Positions 28,540-37,753 of a stretch of 64,000 nt of DNA are shown here, piece by piece. Each line of letters starts with the position of its first letter. The stretch's first letter is position 1. Origin of the DNA: Acidobacteriota bacterium (GTDB lineage: Bacteria; Acidobacteriota; Vicinamibacteria; Vicinamibacterales; CAVVIG01); NCBI GenBank assembly GCA_003222395.1, contig QHWB01000030.1, positions 304,593 to 368,592 of the forward strand, given 5' to 3'. The notes beneath the pieces were generated by a model. The model was not told the DNA's origin, did no database searches, and was given only the letters and a program-made list of their open reading frames with translations. The position numbers and the translations under genes are program-made.

Positions 28540-29385
28540 TCGTGGAAGCGAGAACTCGGTCGCGCCGTCGGCGACGACCTGATCCTGCAGCGCGAGACGT
28601 CCCACGCCGCCTGCGACGTGAGCCTCGCCGTTTCCGTACGCGCCGCGCAGTCGAATGCGCAGCCCCTCGATTTCGCGGCCCCCGTAATTGATCACGTGCA
28701 CCCTCGCCCGCCCGGCGTCGGCCGTCAGCCGGCAGATGACGACCTCGCTTCCGTAGACTCGCAGCGCTCGCTGGTCGTCGGTGAGCTGACGGCGGATCCT
28801 GAGGGCGAAGGCGCTCGGATCGGCAGCCTCCTCGCGCGGGTACCCGGGAGCTCCTATCCTTATGTTGATCCGGTATCGCGGCGAGGGCGCCTGAACCACG
28901 TCGAACAACAGATTGCGCCGGGCCAGCAGGTTCATGACCTCGCCCGTGATCGGCGACCCATCGTCCACGATCGCGAGGTCCGACACGGGCGGAAGATCGA
29001 CAGACGACAGCGCCTCCAGGAATTTCAACATCTCACCGAGCGCGCGCGCGTCGGCCGGGTCGATCCTGAGCGCCGCGTCTGCGCCATAGGCAAAGGCCTC
29101 GGCGGCCGCGAGCGCCGCCTTTCCGGCCGGGACCTCGTAGACGTATTTCGTTCCCGGATGCCTCACGAAGCGCCATCCGCTGGCCACAATCCACGGGCTG
29201 CGCGTCGGCGACGCCAGCCCGGCGCGCGGTGCGGTGCCGGGAGTTGGCAGCGCTTCACGCTGCGCGAGGTCCGCCTCTGTGCACAACCGTCTGATGCCGG
29301 CGCGCTCGAGCGTTGCACGGCTGTCGACGCTCTGTGCCGAGTACACACACGGCAGCGAGAGCGCGAGCAAGAGCAAGGAAGTCAT
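28498..29385 (-). CDS. Exported hypothetical protein (295 aa)
   Basis: Signal peptide MTSLLLLALSLPCVYSAQS. I recognise no motif. It lies 30 nt downstream of the DUF362 gene on the same strand, and its 3' end overlaps the apbE 3' end by 42 nt. Confidence 0.6.
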   Translation of the reverse strand: MTSLLLLALSLPCVYSAQSVDSRATLERAGIRRLCTEADLAQREALPTPGTAPRAGLASPTRSPWIVASGWRFVRHPGTKYVYEVPAGKAALAAAEAFAYGADAALRIDPADARALGEMLKFLEALSSVDLPPVSDLAIVDDGSPITGEVMNLLARRNLLFDVVQAPSPRYRINIRIGAPGYPREEAADPSAFALRIRRQLTDDQRALRVYGSEVVICRLTADAGRARVHVINYGGREIEGLRIRLRGAYGNGEAHVAGGVGRLALQDQVVADGATEFSLPRLTTYAVIDLEAAR

Positions 29386-29415
29386 TTTTTTCGCGGCAAT
29401 TCGAAGAGAGTCTGC

Positions 29416-30561
29416 TCAGGGAACATCTACGTCTTTGATGACTATTCGCGCGCGATCGTACACGCCAAGACCGAGCGTCGAGGCGTACTCCACATGACCG
29501 GGCTCGCGGATGATGATGTTGACGTTCGGATCGGCGTCGCGCGCGCGCGTGTCGTCCATCCGAAGAGAGCCGGGCGAGCGGTCCCAGATCGAGATCGCGC
29601 CGCGCGCACGGCGCTCCTTGTCGATGATATCGAGCAGCAGGCGATCGATGGCGACCGGATCGGTGCCAAACATGATCTGCCGCGGATAGAAGACGTAGCG
29701 CGTGGTTCTCGCAAACGGACCGCCATGCCACACGCCGCGCAGACCGTCCATGATCTGCAGCACGGTCCTGGATCGCAGCGGCTCCATCGCGGCCAGCGCT
29801 CCGACAACCGAATAGGTGTGCGATTTGCCCCGTTGATGCGTGCGCGCGACATTGGAGAAGCTGCCGTAGGCGATGTTCTTGAGGCAACCGGTCACGCCGG
29901 TGGCGCCGTGATCCTTCATGTTCGGGATGTTGATGATCTTCGTCAGGACGCGTGACACGAGCCGCATCATGTTGGACCGCGTGTCGTCTTCGCCGAAGAA
30001 ATCCGCCTCGAGGTACGTCGCCGGATCGTAGCCGCTGTTGTCGACGTTGCGGTTCGCGCGCTCGGCGGCGACGATCTGCACCCCCTCGGGCAGATGCGGC
30101 GCGTAGTTCACCTCGTTCATCTGATCCTGAAAGCGCTCGTACACGTAGATGTGCGACACAGGCACACCGATGCCCATGAGTTGCCGCACGACGTCAGCCA
30201 CGATCTCATACGCGGAGACACAGTGCGGATAGCCGCCGCAGTTGACTTTGATACCGACGATATCCGATGGCTCGAAGAAACGTCGCCAGGCATCGGCTGT
30301 CGTGCCCGCGCCCGTCAGCGTCCGCATGCCCCGCGCCATCATCTCGCGCACGATCTCGTCGTTCGCCGCGCCGGTCGACGTGTCGACGCATTTGTCCGAT
30401 CGGATCGACACGACGCGCCCCGGATATGGTCCAGGCATTCCCGGCGTGGAGGAGGCGGAGTAACTCGAAACCACCCGGAGCGTCGGTGTGTCGGACCGAA
30501 TCTGGAAGTCCCGAATGAATGGAGTCGCCGCGAGCAGCCGGACGAACGATCTTCTGTGCAT
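29416..30561 (-). CDS. DUF362 domain-containing protein (Tat-like leader)
   Basis: MHRRSFVRLLAATPF leader. The central region ...IVGIKVNCGG...IINIPNMKDHGATGVTGCLKNIAYGS... fits DUF362 (from memory). 381 aa. Confidence 0.75.
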   Translation of the reverse strand: MHRRSFVRLLAATPFIRDFQIRSDTPTLRVVSSYSASSTPGMPGPYPGRVVSIRSDKCVDTSTGAANDEIVREMMARGMRTLTGAGTTADAWRRFFEPSDIVGIKVNCGGYPHCVSAYEIVADVVRQLMGIGVPVSHIYVYERFQDQMNEVNYAPHLPEGVQIVAAERANRNVDNSGYDPATYLEADFFGEDDTRSNMMRLVSRVLTKIINIPNMKDHGATGVTGCLKNIAYGSFSNVARTHQRGKSHTYSVVGALAAMEPLRSRTVLQIMDGLRGVWHGGPFARTTRYVFYPRQIMFGTDPVAIDRLLLDIIDKERRARGAISIWDRSPGSLRMDDTRARDADPNVNIIIREPGHVEYASTLGLGVYDRARIVIKDVDVP

Positions 30562-30648
30562 GCGCCCGCCTCCGGCCCCATCCTACCTTGACTCACGAAT
30601 CGAGGTGCGCCATGGTTACGCGACTCTCGTCCACGGGATGGAGGAACC

Positions 30649-33600
30649 ATGAGCGCTTCGCGATCGGTGGTCTCGACCCTCTCGCTTCTGCTTGCCCTGC
30701 ACCTTCTTCCAGTCACCGCCTTCGCTCAAACCGGCGCTGCGTCGCTGACGGGCATCATCAGCGATCAGAGCGGTGCGAAAGTCCCCGGCGCGACCGTGAC
30801 CGCCACCAATCAGGCCACCAACGTGGCGTACACGGCCGTGTCGAACGAAGCCGGCAACTACAGCATCACATCGGTACCGGTCGGAACGTACGTGCTGAAG
30901 GCTGAGCTCTCCGGCTTCAAGACGGCGACGACCAATCCGATTGAAGTCGAAGCGAAGGCGATCGTGCGGCTCGATTTCACGCTGCAGCTCGGCGCGATCG
31001 AGGAGACCATCCTGGTCGCCGGCGAGTCGCCGCTTCTGCAGACCGAGTCGGTGACGGTCGGCGAAGTGATCTCGGGCACGACGGTCGTCGCGTTGCCGCT
31101 GAACGGCCGGAACACCGGACAGTTGTCGCTGCTGCTGCCGGGGGTCGTCAGCGTGAACCCCGGATCCTTCACCAACATTCGCAACTTCGGCGGCGGGCGG
31201 CCGTACGTGAACGGAAACCGCGAGCAGACGAACAACTACATGGTCGACGGCGTCGACATGAACGAGTCGATCGACAACCTCGTGGCGTATCAGCCCAGTC
31301 CCGACGCACTCGCCGAGATCAGCGTCGAGACGAACAACTACGCCGCGGACACGGGCAACGTCGCGGGCGCGGTGATCAGCAACGTCACCAAATCCGGATC
31401 GAACATCGTGCGCGGCAACGTCTTCGAGTTCTACCGCAACAGCGACTTCGACGCGAACACGTGGGACAACAACCGGTCCAGTGCGCCGAAAGCGCAGCGG
31501 ACGCAGCACATCTTCGGCGGCACGCTCGGCGGCCCGCTGAAGAAGGACAAGTGGTTCATCTTCGGTGATTATCAGGGCACCCGGTTCGACGCGCCAGGTT
31601 CCGAAACGATCTCGGTTGCACCAGCCTCGTGGCGCAGTGGCGATCTCTCGAGCGCGGGAGCGACCATTCGCGATCCGCTGACTGGCGTGCCGTTCGCGGG
31701 CAATCAGATTCCCGGGACACGCATCAGCCCGATCGCTCGCGCGATTCTCGGCAACACGTCGCTGTACCCGCTGCCCAACCGGACCGTCCCCGGCGGCGTG
31801 AGCGGCAATTTCGTCGGCGACGCGCTCACGACCATCCGTGCTCATCAGGGCGACGCGCGCGTCGACTGGAACGCGTCGGCAAAGGACAAGGTCTTCGGAC
31901 GCGTGTCAGTGGCCTCGTATGACGAGAAGAACGACAAGCGGCCGATTCCACTGCTGCTCGGGACGTTGCGAGACGCGCCGTTCCGCAACGTGGCCTTCAA
32001 TTGGAATCGCATCTTCAGCTCGACGGTTGTCAACGAAGCGATCGTTGGATACAACCAGATCACGATTGTGACGAAGGCGCTCGATTGGGCCGGCATCGGG
32101 AATGCGAACGCGACGTTCGGAATTGCCGGCGGTCAGCCGATCCCCGGCCTCAGCCAGCTCACGTTGAACTCCGGGCTCTTGACGATCGGGGCGGGCGCGA
32201 GCGATACGGACACGCTCGATCGAACGTATCAGTTCAACGACAAGATCACATGGTTGAAGGGAGACCACGCGCTGAAGATCGGAGGACAGCTCCTGCATTA
32301 CGCGCAGCGGCGCTTCTACGCCGGCAACAACGGCCTGCTCGGGATATTCACATACGGCGGCGCCTTCACCGGGTTCCCGTTCTCCGATTTCCTCCTCGAT
32401 CAGGTGACGACCAAGGGGCGCGGCAGCAACTCAGAGCCGTGGACGCACGTTCACGACCGGACCGCGCTCTTCGTGCAGGACGACTACAAGGTGACGCAGG
32501 CGCTCACGCTCAATCTCGGGCTGCGTTGGGCGTACACGCAGCCGGTCGTCGAGGAGACCAACCGCCAGGCGAATTTCAGCCTGACCACCGGCCAGGAGAT
32601 CATCGCGGCCGATGGCAGTCGCGAGTCGCGCGCGCTCTATCAGCCGTACTATAAAGGTTTCGAGCCGCGGCTCGGCCTCGCGTGGCGCCCCGACGATCGC
32701 TGGGTGCTGCGCGGCGGCTACGGCATCTCTCAATACATGGAGGGAACGGGCGCCAACCTTCGCCTGCCGCTCAACCCTCCCTTCTTCTTCGAGTCGGCGG
32801 TCACCTACGATGCGACGACCGGCGGCGGCAGCCTCGCGTCGGGGTTCGCGGATCTGCGGCCGCTCGACCAGCCGTCGGGCCAGGTGCGCGCCTGGGATCC
32901 GAATCTGCGGCCGCAGTTCACGCAGCAGTGGAACGTGTTCGCCGAGTACCTCGTGCGGCCGTCCATTACCGCGAACGTCGGATACGTGGGTCATCACGCC
33001 ACGCATCTCGTGACGCCCGTCGAGGGCAACCAGCCGCTGGCCGGCACCGGCGATCCCTCGACGTGGGCGCCGCTGCAGAATCGGCGCCCGCTCTTCGCGA
33101 CGGCGCCGCTCATCACCAATATCTCGACGACGGCGTCGCGCGGCCGAAGCGATTACAAGGGGCTGCAGGCGAGCCTGCGCCAGCGCGTGTCGCACGGTCT
33201 CGAGTACCTCGCGTCGTACACGCTGGGTAAAGCGAACGCGAACCAGCTCGGTTACTACGGGTCGGGTGGCTTCACGGCCGCCGAGGGCACGTACTGGATG
33301 AACGCCTACGATCCGGAAGCGAATTACGGCCCTGCGTTCTTCGATGTCCGCCACAACTTCGTGCTCTCGGCCAGCTACGAGCTGCCGTACGGACGCGACA
33401 GCCGCGGGCCGAGCGTGACGAACGCCGTCCTCGGCGGTTGGCGACTGAGCGGAATCTTCCAGGCGCGCAGCGGATTCCCGATCACGGTTCTCGATGGACG
33501 CGGCTCGTCGCTCCAGGCGGTGCGCGGAGGCGAGCGGCCGAACTGCATCGGCGATCCGGTTCCGGCCAATCAGACGCTGGACCATTGGCTGGACATCAAC

Positions 33601-33891
33601 GCCTTCGCCCGCGCGGCGCCCGGTACGTGGGGCAACTGCGGCGTCGGCATCGCGCGCGCGCCGGGGTATCAGAATCTGGACCTCACCCTGTCGAAGCGAT
33701 TCGCGGTTGGCGGTGCGCGCTACGCGGAGTTGCGCGCGGAGGCCTTCAACGTGTTCAACAGGCCGAACTTCCGCGCGCCCGCGCGCGACATCAACTCGCC
33801 GAACACCTTCGGTCAGATCACGCAGACGCTCAGCACGACGACCGTCAGCACGGCGCGGACCGGAGAGCTCGTGTTCAAGTTTTTCTTCTAG
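30649..33891 (+). CDS. TonB-dependent receptor with N-terminal carboxypeptidase-regulatory-like domain
   Basis: Signal peptide followed by GIISDQSGAKVPGATVTATNQATNVAYTAVSNEAGNYSITSVPVGTYVLKAELSGFK (CarboxypepD_reg). Plug region ALPLNGRN. 1080 aa, with the C-terminal aromatic tail ELVFKFFF. Confidence 0.92.
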   Translation: MSASRSVVSTLSLLLALHLLPVTAFAQTGAASLTGIISDQSGAKVPGATVTATNQATNVAYTAVSNEAGNYSITSVPVGTYVLKAELSGFKTATTNPIEVEAKAIVRLDFTLQLGAIEETILVAGESPLLQTESVTVGEVISGTTVVALPLNGRNTGQLSLLLPGVVSVNPGSFTNIRNFGGGRPYVNGNREQTNNYMVDGVDMNESIDNLVAYQPSPDALAEISVETNNYAADTGNVAGAVISNVTKSGSNIVRGNVFEFYRNSDFDANTWDNNRSSAPKAQRTQHIFGGTLGGPLKKDKWFIFGDYQGTRFDAPGSETISVAPASWRSGDLSSAGATIRDPLTGVPFAGNQIPGTRISPIARAILGNTSLYPLPNRTVPGGVSGNFVGDALTTIRAHQGDARVDWNASAKDKVFGRVSVASYDEKNDKRPIPLLLGTLRDAPFRNVAFNWNRIFSSTVVNEAIVGYNQITIVTKALDWAGIGNANATFGIAGGQPIPGLSQLTLNSGLLTIGAGASDTDTLDRTYQFNDKITWLKGDHALKIGGQLLHYAQRRFYAGNNGLLGIFTYGGAFTGFPFSDFLLDQVTTKGRGSNSEPWTHVHDRTALFVQDDYKVTQALTLNLGLRWAYTQPVVEETNRQANFSLTTGQEIIAADGSRESRALYQPYYKGFEPRLGLAWRPDDRWVLRGGYGISQYMEGTGANLRLPLNPPFFFESAVTYDATTGGGSLASGFADLRPLDQPSGQVRAWDPNLRPQFTQQWNVFAEYLVRPSITANVGYVGHHATHLVTPVEGNQPLAGTGDPSTWAPLQNRRPLFATAPLITNISTTASRGRSDYKGLQASLRQRVSHGLEYLASYTLGKANANQLGYYGSGGFTAAEGTYWMNAYDPEANYGPAFFDVRHNFVLSASYELPYGRDSRGPSVTNAVLGGWRLSGIFQARSGFPITVLDGRGSSLQAVRGGERPNCIGDPVPANQTLDHWLDINAFARAAPGTWGNCGVGIARAPGYQNLDLTLSKRFAVGGARYAELRAEAFNVFNRPNFRAPARDINSPNTFGQITQTLSTTTVSTARTGELVFKFFF

Positions 33892-33901
33892 GGACGCGAT
33901 C

Positions 33902-36900
33902 ATGATGATGCGGCGCATATCGGTGTTCCTGATGTTCGGCCTGCTGCTGGCGGGCAACGCCTCGGCGCAGCTCGCTTCTCAAACCGCGCTCGTCGGTACG
34001 GTGACCGATCAGGACGGCCTGGTCATTCCCGGCGCCCAGGTCGTCGCCGTGAACACGGGCACGCGCGATACCTATGAGACGACGACCAACGGCGACGGGT
34101 ACTACAACATTCAGTTCGTCCGAACGGGCACGTACGAGATCACCGTCGCGCTGAGCGGCTTCCAGACATCCAAGGTGAACGGCGTCGAAGTTGCGAACAA
34201 CCAGATCGCCCGCACCAACGTCGTCGTGAGGGTCGGCCAGTTGAACGAGTCGATCACCGTGGCGGGTTCCGCGCCCATCATCGACACCGACAGCGCCAGG
34301 ATCTCCGAAACGATCGGCAAGCGCGCGGTGAGCGATCTGCCGCTGAACGGCCGCAACGTCTGGAACCTCGCGAGCACGACGCCGGGCGTGCTCGGCGGCA
34401 TCAACGGCGATATCGGTCTGAGCTTCAGAGGAGCGGGCCAGCGGGAAATCCAGAACAGCCTCTCGCTCGACGGCATCAACTCTTCCGCCAACCTGCTCGC
34501 CGCGACCAGCATGCGCCCGATCACCGACGCGGTCGAGGAGATTCAGATTCAGACCGGAAGCACGTCGGCCGAGTATGGAGCGTATCTCGGCGTCCACATC
34601 AACGTCGTCACCAAGAGCGGCACGAATACGCCACACGCCTCTCTCTTCGAGTTCTTCCAGGACGATGCGCTCGACCAGCGCGGATATTTCGAGAATCCGG
34701 CTGTTCCCAAGAACCCGCGGCGGCGCAATCAGTTCGGCTTCGAGATGGACGGGCCCGTCGTGCTGCCGAAACTCTACGACGGCAGAAACAAGACGTTCAT
34801 CACGGCGGCCTACGAAGGCATTCGCGCCAACACGCTGCTGACGCCGATCGCCACCGTTCCGACGGCGCTGATGCGGCAGGGCAATTTCTCGGAGATCACC
34901 GGCACGATCCGCAATCCCTTCACGCGAGAGCCCTATCCCGGCAACATCATCCCAGCGTCGCAGCTCTCGCCAATCGCGCGGAGTCTGCTCGCCTTCTACC
35001 CGACGCCCAATCGTCCGGGCATTGCCTCGAACCTGCAGGTGCCTATTCCCAGCACCGAGGACGTGGATCAGTTCATCGCTCGCGGCGATCAGAATCTCGG
35101 CAACAAAGTCCGACTTTCCGTACGCTACAACTGGCATGACAGCGTCAACAGCAATCCGATTTCGCTGGCCGCGGTGCTGCCGACGCAAGTGATCAACCAG
35201 CCGCGAGTGAACGAGAACACGCTGGTCTCGTACACCCATACGCTGTCGTCGAATCTGCTGAACGATTTCCGCGTCGGCTACCATCGCGTCAACTTCGATA
35301 CGCTCAACCCGTTCATCGTCAACGGCCAGTCTTCTGCCGGATCGGATCTGGGCATTCCGGGCTTCAACGGCGACGTTCGCTACAACAATCCGGGAATTCC
35401 CACAATCGATCTGACCAACGCGTTCAGCGGACTCGGTGGCGGCGGCACCAACTGGTACCAGTTCGACACGACGTTCCAGATGTCGAACGTCGCGGCGTAC
35501 AATCGCGGCTCGCACAACGTCCGCTTCGGATTCGATCTGCGCAGGCTCGAGACCGGGCGCCGCGCCGCGAACGACCCGCGCGGACGATTCAACTTCACGG
35601 GCGACATGACGGGCCACCCCGTCGCCGACTTCATGCTCGGCGTGCCGCGAACGGTCATTCCGCCGACCGATCAGATCCAGGGTGACGTGGGCGGCTGGCG
35701 TAATGGCTTCTTCGTCAACGACGTCTGGCAGGCGTCACGCGACTTGACGTTCAGCCTTGGACTTCGGTACGAGCTGAACACGCCGGTGCAGACCTATGCC
35801 GGATTCGCATCGATGCTGGCCGAAGATTTCGAGACGATCATCCCGAGCAGTTTTCCCGCAGTGGGCTTCCAGTTCCAAGAGCCGAATTACAAGGACATCG
35901 CGCCGCGCCTCGGCGCCACGTATCGGCTCAAGGAGAAGACCGTTCTGCGCGCAGGCTACGGGATCTACTACAACCCGAACCAGATGAACTCGTTCACGTT
36001 CCTCACCAACAATCCGCCAATCGCGGCGGTGTCGACGTTCACCTCGGATCCCGCGAACCCCACGTTGTCGTTCCAGAGCCCGTTCGGCGTCGTCGGACCC
36101 GCCGTTCCGCCGGACATGATCTCGCCGACGCGGCACCTTCCCAACGCGCGCAAGGACCAGTGGAGCTTCGACGTCCAGCGCGAGCTGTGGTCGGGCGCGG
36201 CGCTCGACGTTCAGTACGTCGGATCGAACACGAGCCATCTCGATCGGAGCTTCTTCAACAACACGCCGCAGCCTGGTCCCGGACCCGTCGATCCACGACG
36301 ACCGAGCCAGCGCTTCCGCAGCCGCCGCATCATCCAGAACGATTTGATCGCCGATTACGACGCGGTGAGCGTCATCCTGCGCAAGCGCATGAGTCATGGT
36401 CTGCAGGCCGACGTGCACTACACGTGGTCGCGGACGCGCGACATGGCGACGCACTCCAACGGCGGCGGCCAGACGATGAACAATTACGACATCCAGGCGG
36501 ACTACGGTCCCGCGAACTGGGACGTTCCGCATCGCTTCGTGGCGAGCTACATCTACGACGTGCCATTCCTCAAGAGCTCGTCGCAGCCGGTTCTCAAATA
36601 TGTTGTCGCCGGATGGCAGGTGGGCGGCGTGACAACCGTCCAGAGCGGGACGCCGATCAACGCGACGATCGCCGCCGACCGCGCGAACATCGGCATTTCC
36701 GGCCTGCAGCGTCCGGATCTCATCGGGCCGGTACCGGAGCTGAATTGCCAGCCGAGTCCGACGAGCCTGGATCTGATCAATTGCTTCGATCCGTCCGCGT
36801 TTGCGATGCCTGCGCAATACACCTTCGGCAATGCGCCACGCAACGTGCTGAGAGGGCCGAAAGCGATGATCACCGACTTGTCGATGATGAAGAACGTCCC

Positions 36901-37078
36901 CGTCGGAGGATCGGTCCGGGTCCAGATCCGCGCCGAGATCTTCAATGCGTTCAACACCGTCAACTACGGCAACCCCAACGCGGTGTTCGGCTCCGCGACG
37001 TTCGGCCGCATCAACGCGACGAACACGACGTACCCGAACATGCGGCAGATCCAGCTGGGAGCGAAGCTGCTGTTTTGA
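33902..37078 (+). CDS. TonB-dependent receptor with N-terminal carboxypeptidase-regulatory-like domain (second copy)
   Basis: Internal ATG 33902 of listed ORF 33494..37078, giving MMMRRISVFLMFGLLLAGNASAQ. GTVTDQDGLVIPGAQVVAVNTGTRDTYETTTNGDGYYNIQFVRTGTYEITVALSGFQ, plug DLPLNGRN, and terminal QLGAKLLF. Confidence 0.92.
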   Translation: MMMRRISVFLMFGLLLAGNASAQLASQTALVGTVTDQDGLVIPGAQVVAVNTGTRDTYETTTNGDGYYNIQFVRTGTYEITVALSGFQTSKVNGVEVANNQIARTNVVVRVGQLNESITVAGSAPIIDTDSARISETIGKRAVSDLPLNGRNVWNLASTTPGVLGGINGDIGLSFRGAGQREIQNSLSLDGINSSANLLAATSMRPITDAVEEIQIQTGSTSAEYGAYLGVHINVVTKSGTNTPHASLFEFFQDDALDQRGYFENPAVPKNPRRRNQFGFEMDGPVVLPKLYDGRNKTFITAAYEGIRANTLLTPIATVPTALMRQGNFSEITGTIRNPFTREPYPGNIIPASQLSPIARSLLAFYPTPNRPGIASNLQVPIPSTEDVDQFIARGDQNLGNKVRLSVRYNWHDSVNSNPISLAAVLPTQVINQPRVNENTLVSYTHTLSSNLLNDFRVGYHRVNFDTLNPFIVNGQSSAGSDLGIPGFNGDVRYNNPGIPTIDLTNAFSGLGGGGTNWYQFDTTFQMSNVAAYNRGSHNVRFGFDLRRLETGRRAANDPRGRFNFTGDMTGHPVADFMLGVPRTVIPPTDQIQGDVGGWRNGFFVNDVWQASRDLTFSLGLRYELNTPVQTYAGFASMLAEDFETIIPSSFPAVGFQFQEPNYKDIAPRLGATYRLKEKTVLRAGYGIYYNPNQMNSFTFLTNNPPIAAVSTFTSDPANPTLSFQSPFGVVGPAVPPDMISPTRHLPNARKDQWSFDVQRELWSGAALDVQYVGSNTSHLDRSFFNNTPQPGPGPVDPRRPSQRFRSRRIIQNDLIADYDAVSVILRKRMSHGLQADVHYTWSRTRDMATHSNGGGQTMNNYDIQADYGPANWDVPHRFVASYIYDVPFLKSSSQPVLKYVVAGWQVGGVTTVQSGTPINATIAADRANIGISGLQRPDLIGPVPELNCQPSPTSLDLINCFDPSAFAMPAQYTFGNAPRNVLRGPKAMITDLSMMKNVPVGGSVRVQIRAEIFNAFNTVNYGNPNAVFGSATFGRINATNTTYPNMRQIQLGAKLLF

Positions 37079-37083
37079 GTTGG

Positions 37084-37118
37084 TTTCGTGGCTTTCGTGG
37101 CTTCGTGCTTTTCGTGGC
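37084..37118. repeat. Short tandem repeat, about 4 copies of TTTCGTGGC
   Basis: Read directly: tttcgtggc tttcgtggc ttcgtgc ttttcgtggc. It starts 5 nt after the receptor stop codon. Confidence 0.8.
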
Positions 37119-37158
37119 GAAGGCTCGGTAGAGCACCGTTTAATCCGGGAGTTCTGGC

Positions 37159-37638
37159 ATGAAGAAGACGAATCGACGCATGTTCATCAGACGCGGCGTG
37201 ACGGCGGCAGCTGCCGTGACGGCCGCGACCGTTCCCACGACAGTCGCCGCACAAGGTTCACAGAGTGAGAAGCCCGTCAAGAAGGTCCACTACAGAAACG
37301 GACGGAAGCCGGAGAAACCGCCGCTCTTCAACGGGACGATCTCCTACGGCAACCTCGTGTTCATCGCGGGCGTCGGGTATCACTCCGAAGGCGATATCAA
37401 GGTGCACACCAAAGGCGTCCTCGATCAGATCCAGCAGCAGCTCGAGAGCGTCGGGTCGTCGATGGAGAAGGTCTTGAAGTGCAACGTGTACTTGAACGAC
37501 CTGAAGGACTACGCCGGCATGAATGAGATGTTTCAGGGCCGCTTCGGCGCCGAGCCGCCGGTGCGGACGACCATCGCCGCAGCGGGCGGCATCCCGGGCA
37601 ACTCGCTCGTTGAGATCGACGTCATCGCGACGCTGTAA
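37159..37638 (+). CDS. RidA/YjgF/UK114-family protein with a Tat-type leader
   Basis: Leader MKKTNRRMFIRRGVTAAAAVTAATVPTTVAAQG. RidA core: LVFIAGVGY...VLKCNVYLNDLKDYAGMNEMFQGRFGAEPPVRTTIAAAGGIPGNSLVEIDVIA. Confidence 0.85.
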   Translation: MKKTNRRMFIRRGVTAAAAVTAATVPTTVAAQGSQSEKPVKKVHYRNGRKPEKPPLFNGTISYGNLVFIAGVGYHSEGDIKVHTKGVLDQIQQQLESVGSSMEKVLKCNVYLNDLKDYAGMNEMFQGRFGAEPPVRTTIAAAGGIPGNSLVEIDVIATL

Positions 37639-37651
37639 CTGGCCACACCCA

Positions 37652-37707
37652 GTAGCGCGCAGCCCTTCAGGCTGCCGGGCGCCGGCAGGCCTGAAGGCCT
37701 GCGCTAC
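37652..37707. repeat. REP-like GTAG-headed imperfect hairpin
   Basis: GTAGCGCGCAGCCCTTCAGGCTGCCGGGC / GCCGGCAGGCCTGAAGGCCTGCGCTAC. The arms pair with two small bulges. The motif is related to 40715-40789. It is intercistronic, between the RidA and SelA-like genes. Confidence 0.7.
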
Positions 37708-37753
37708 CAGAGGCCGCGCGTATCGCGTGCCGCGGCAAGGGACGGGAGATGCG

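Noticed and set aside
29899-29913. Possible ApbE flavinylation site (KDHGATGVT) in the DUF362 protein, and TSGAAS in the SelA-like protein.
   Set aside because: Neither fits the Dxx(s/t)GA(T/S) register. The D is one residue too close in DUF362, and the acceptor Thr/Ser position is Ala in the SelA-like protein. The latter segment is a normal part of the PLP fold.
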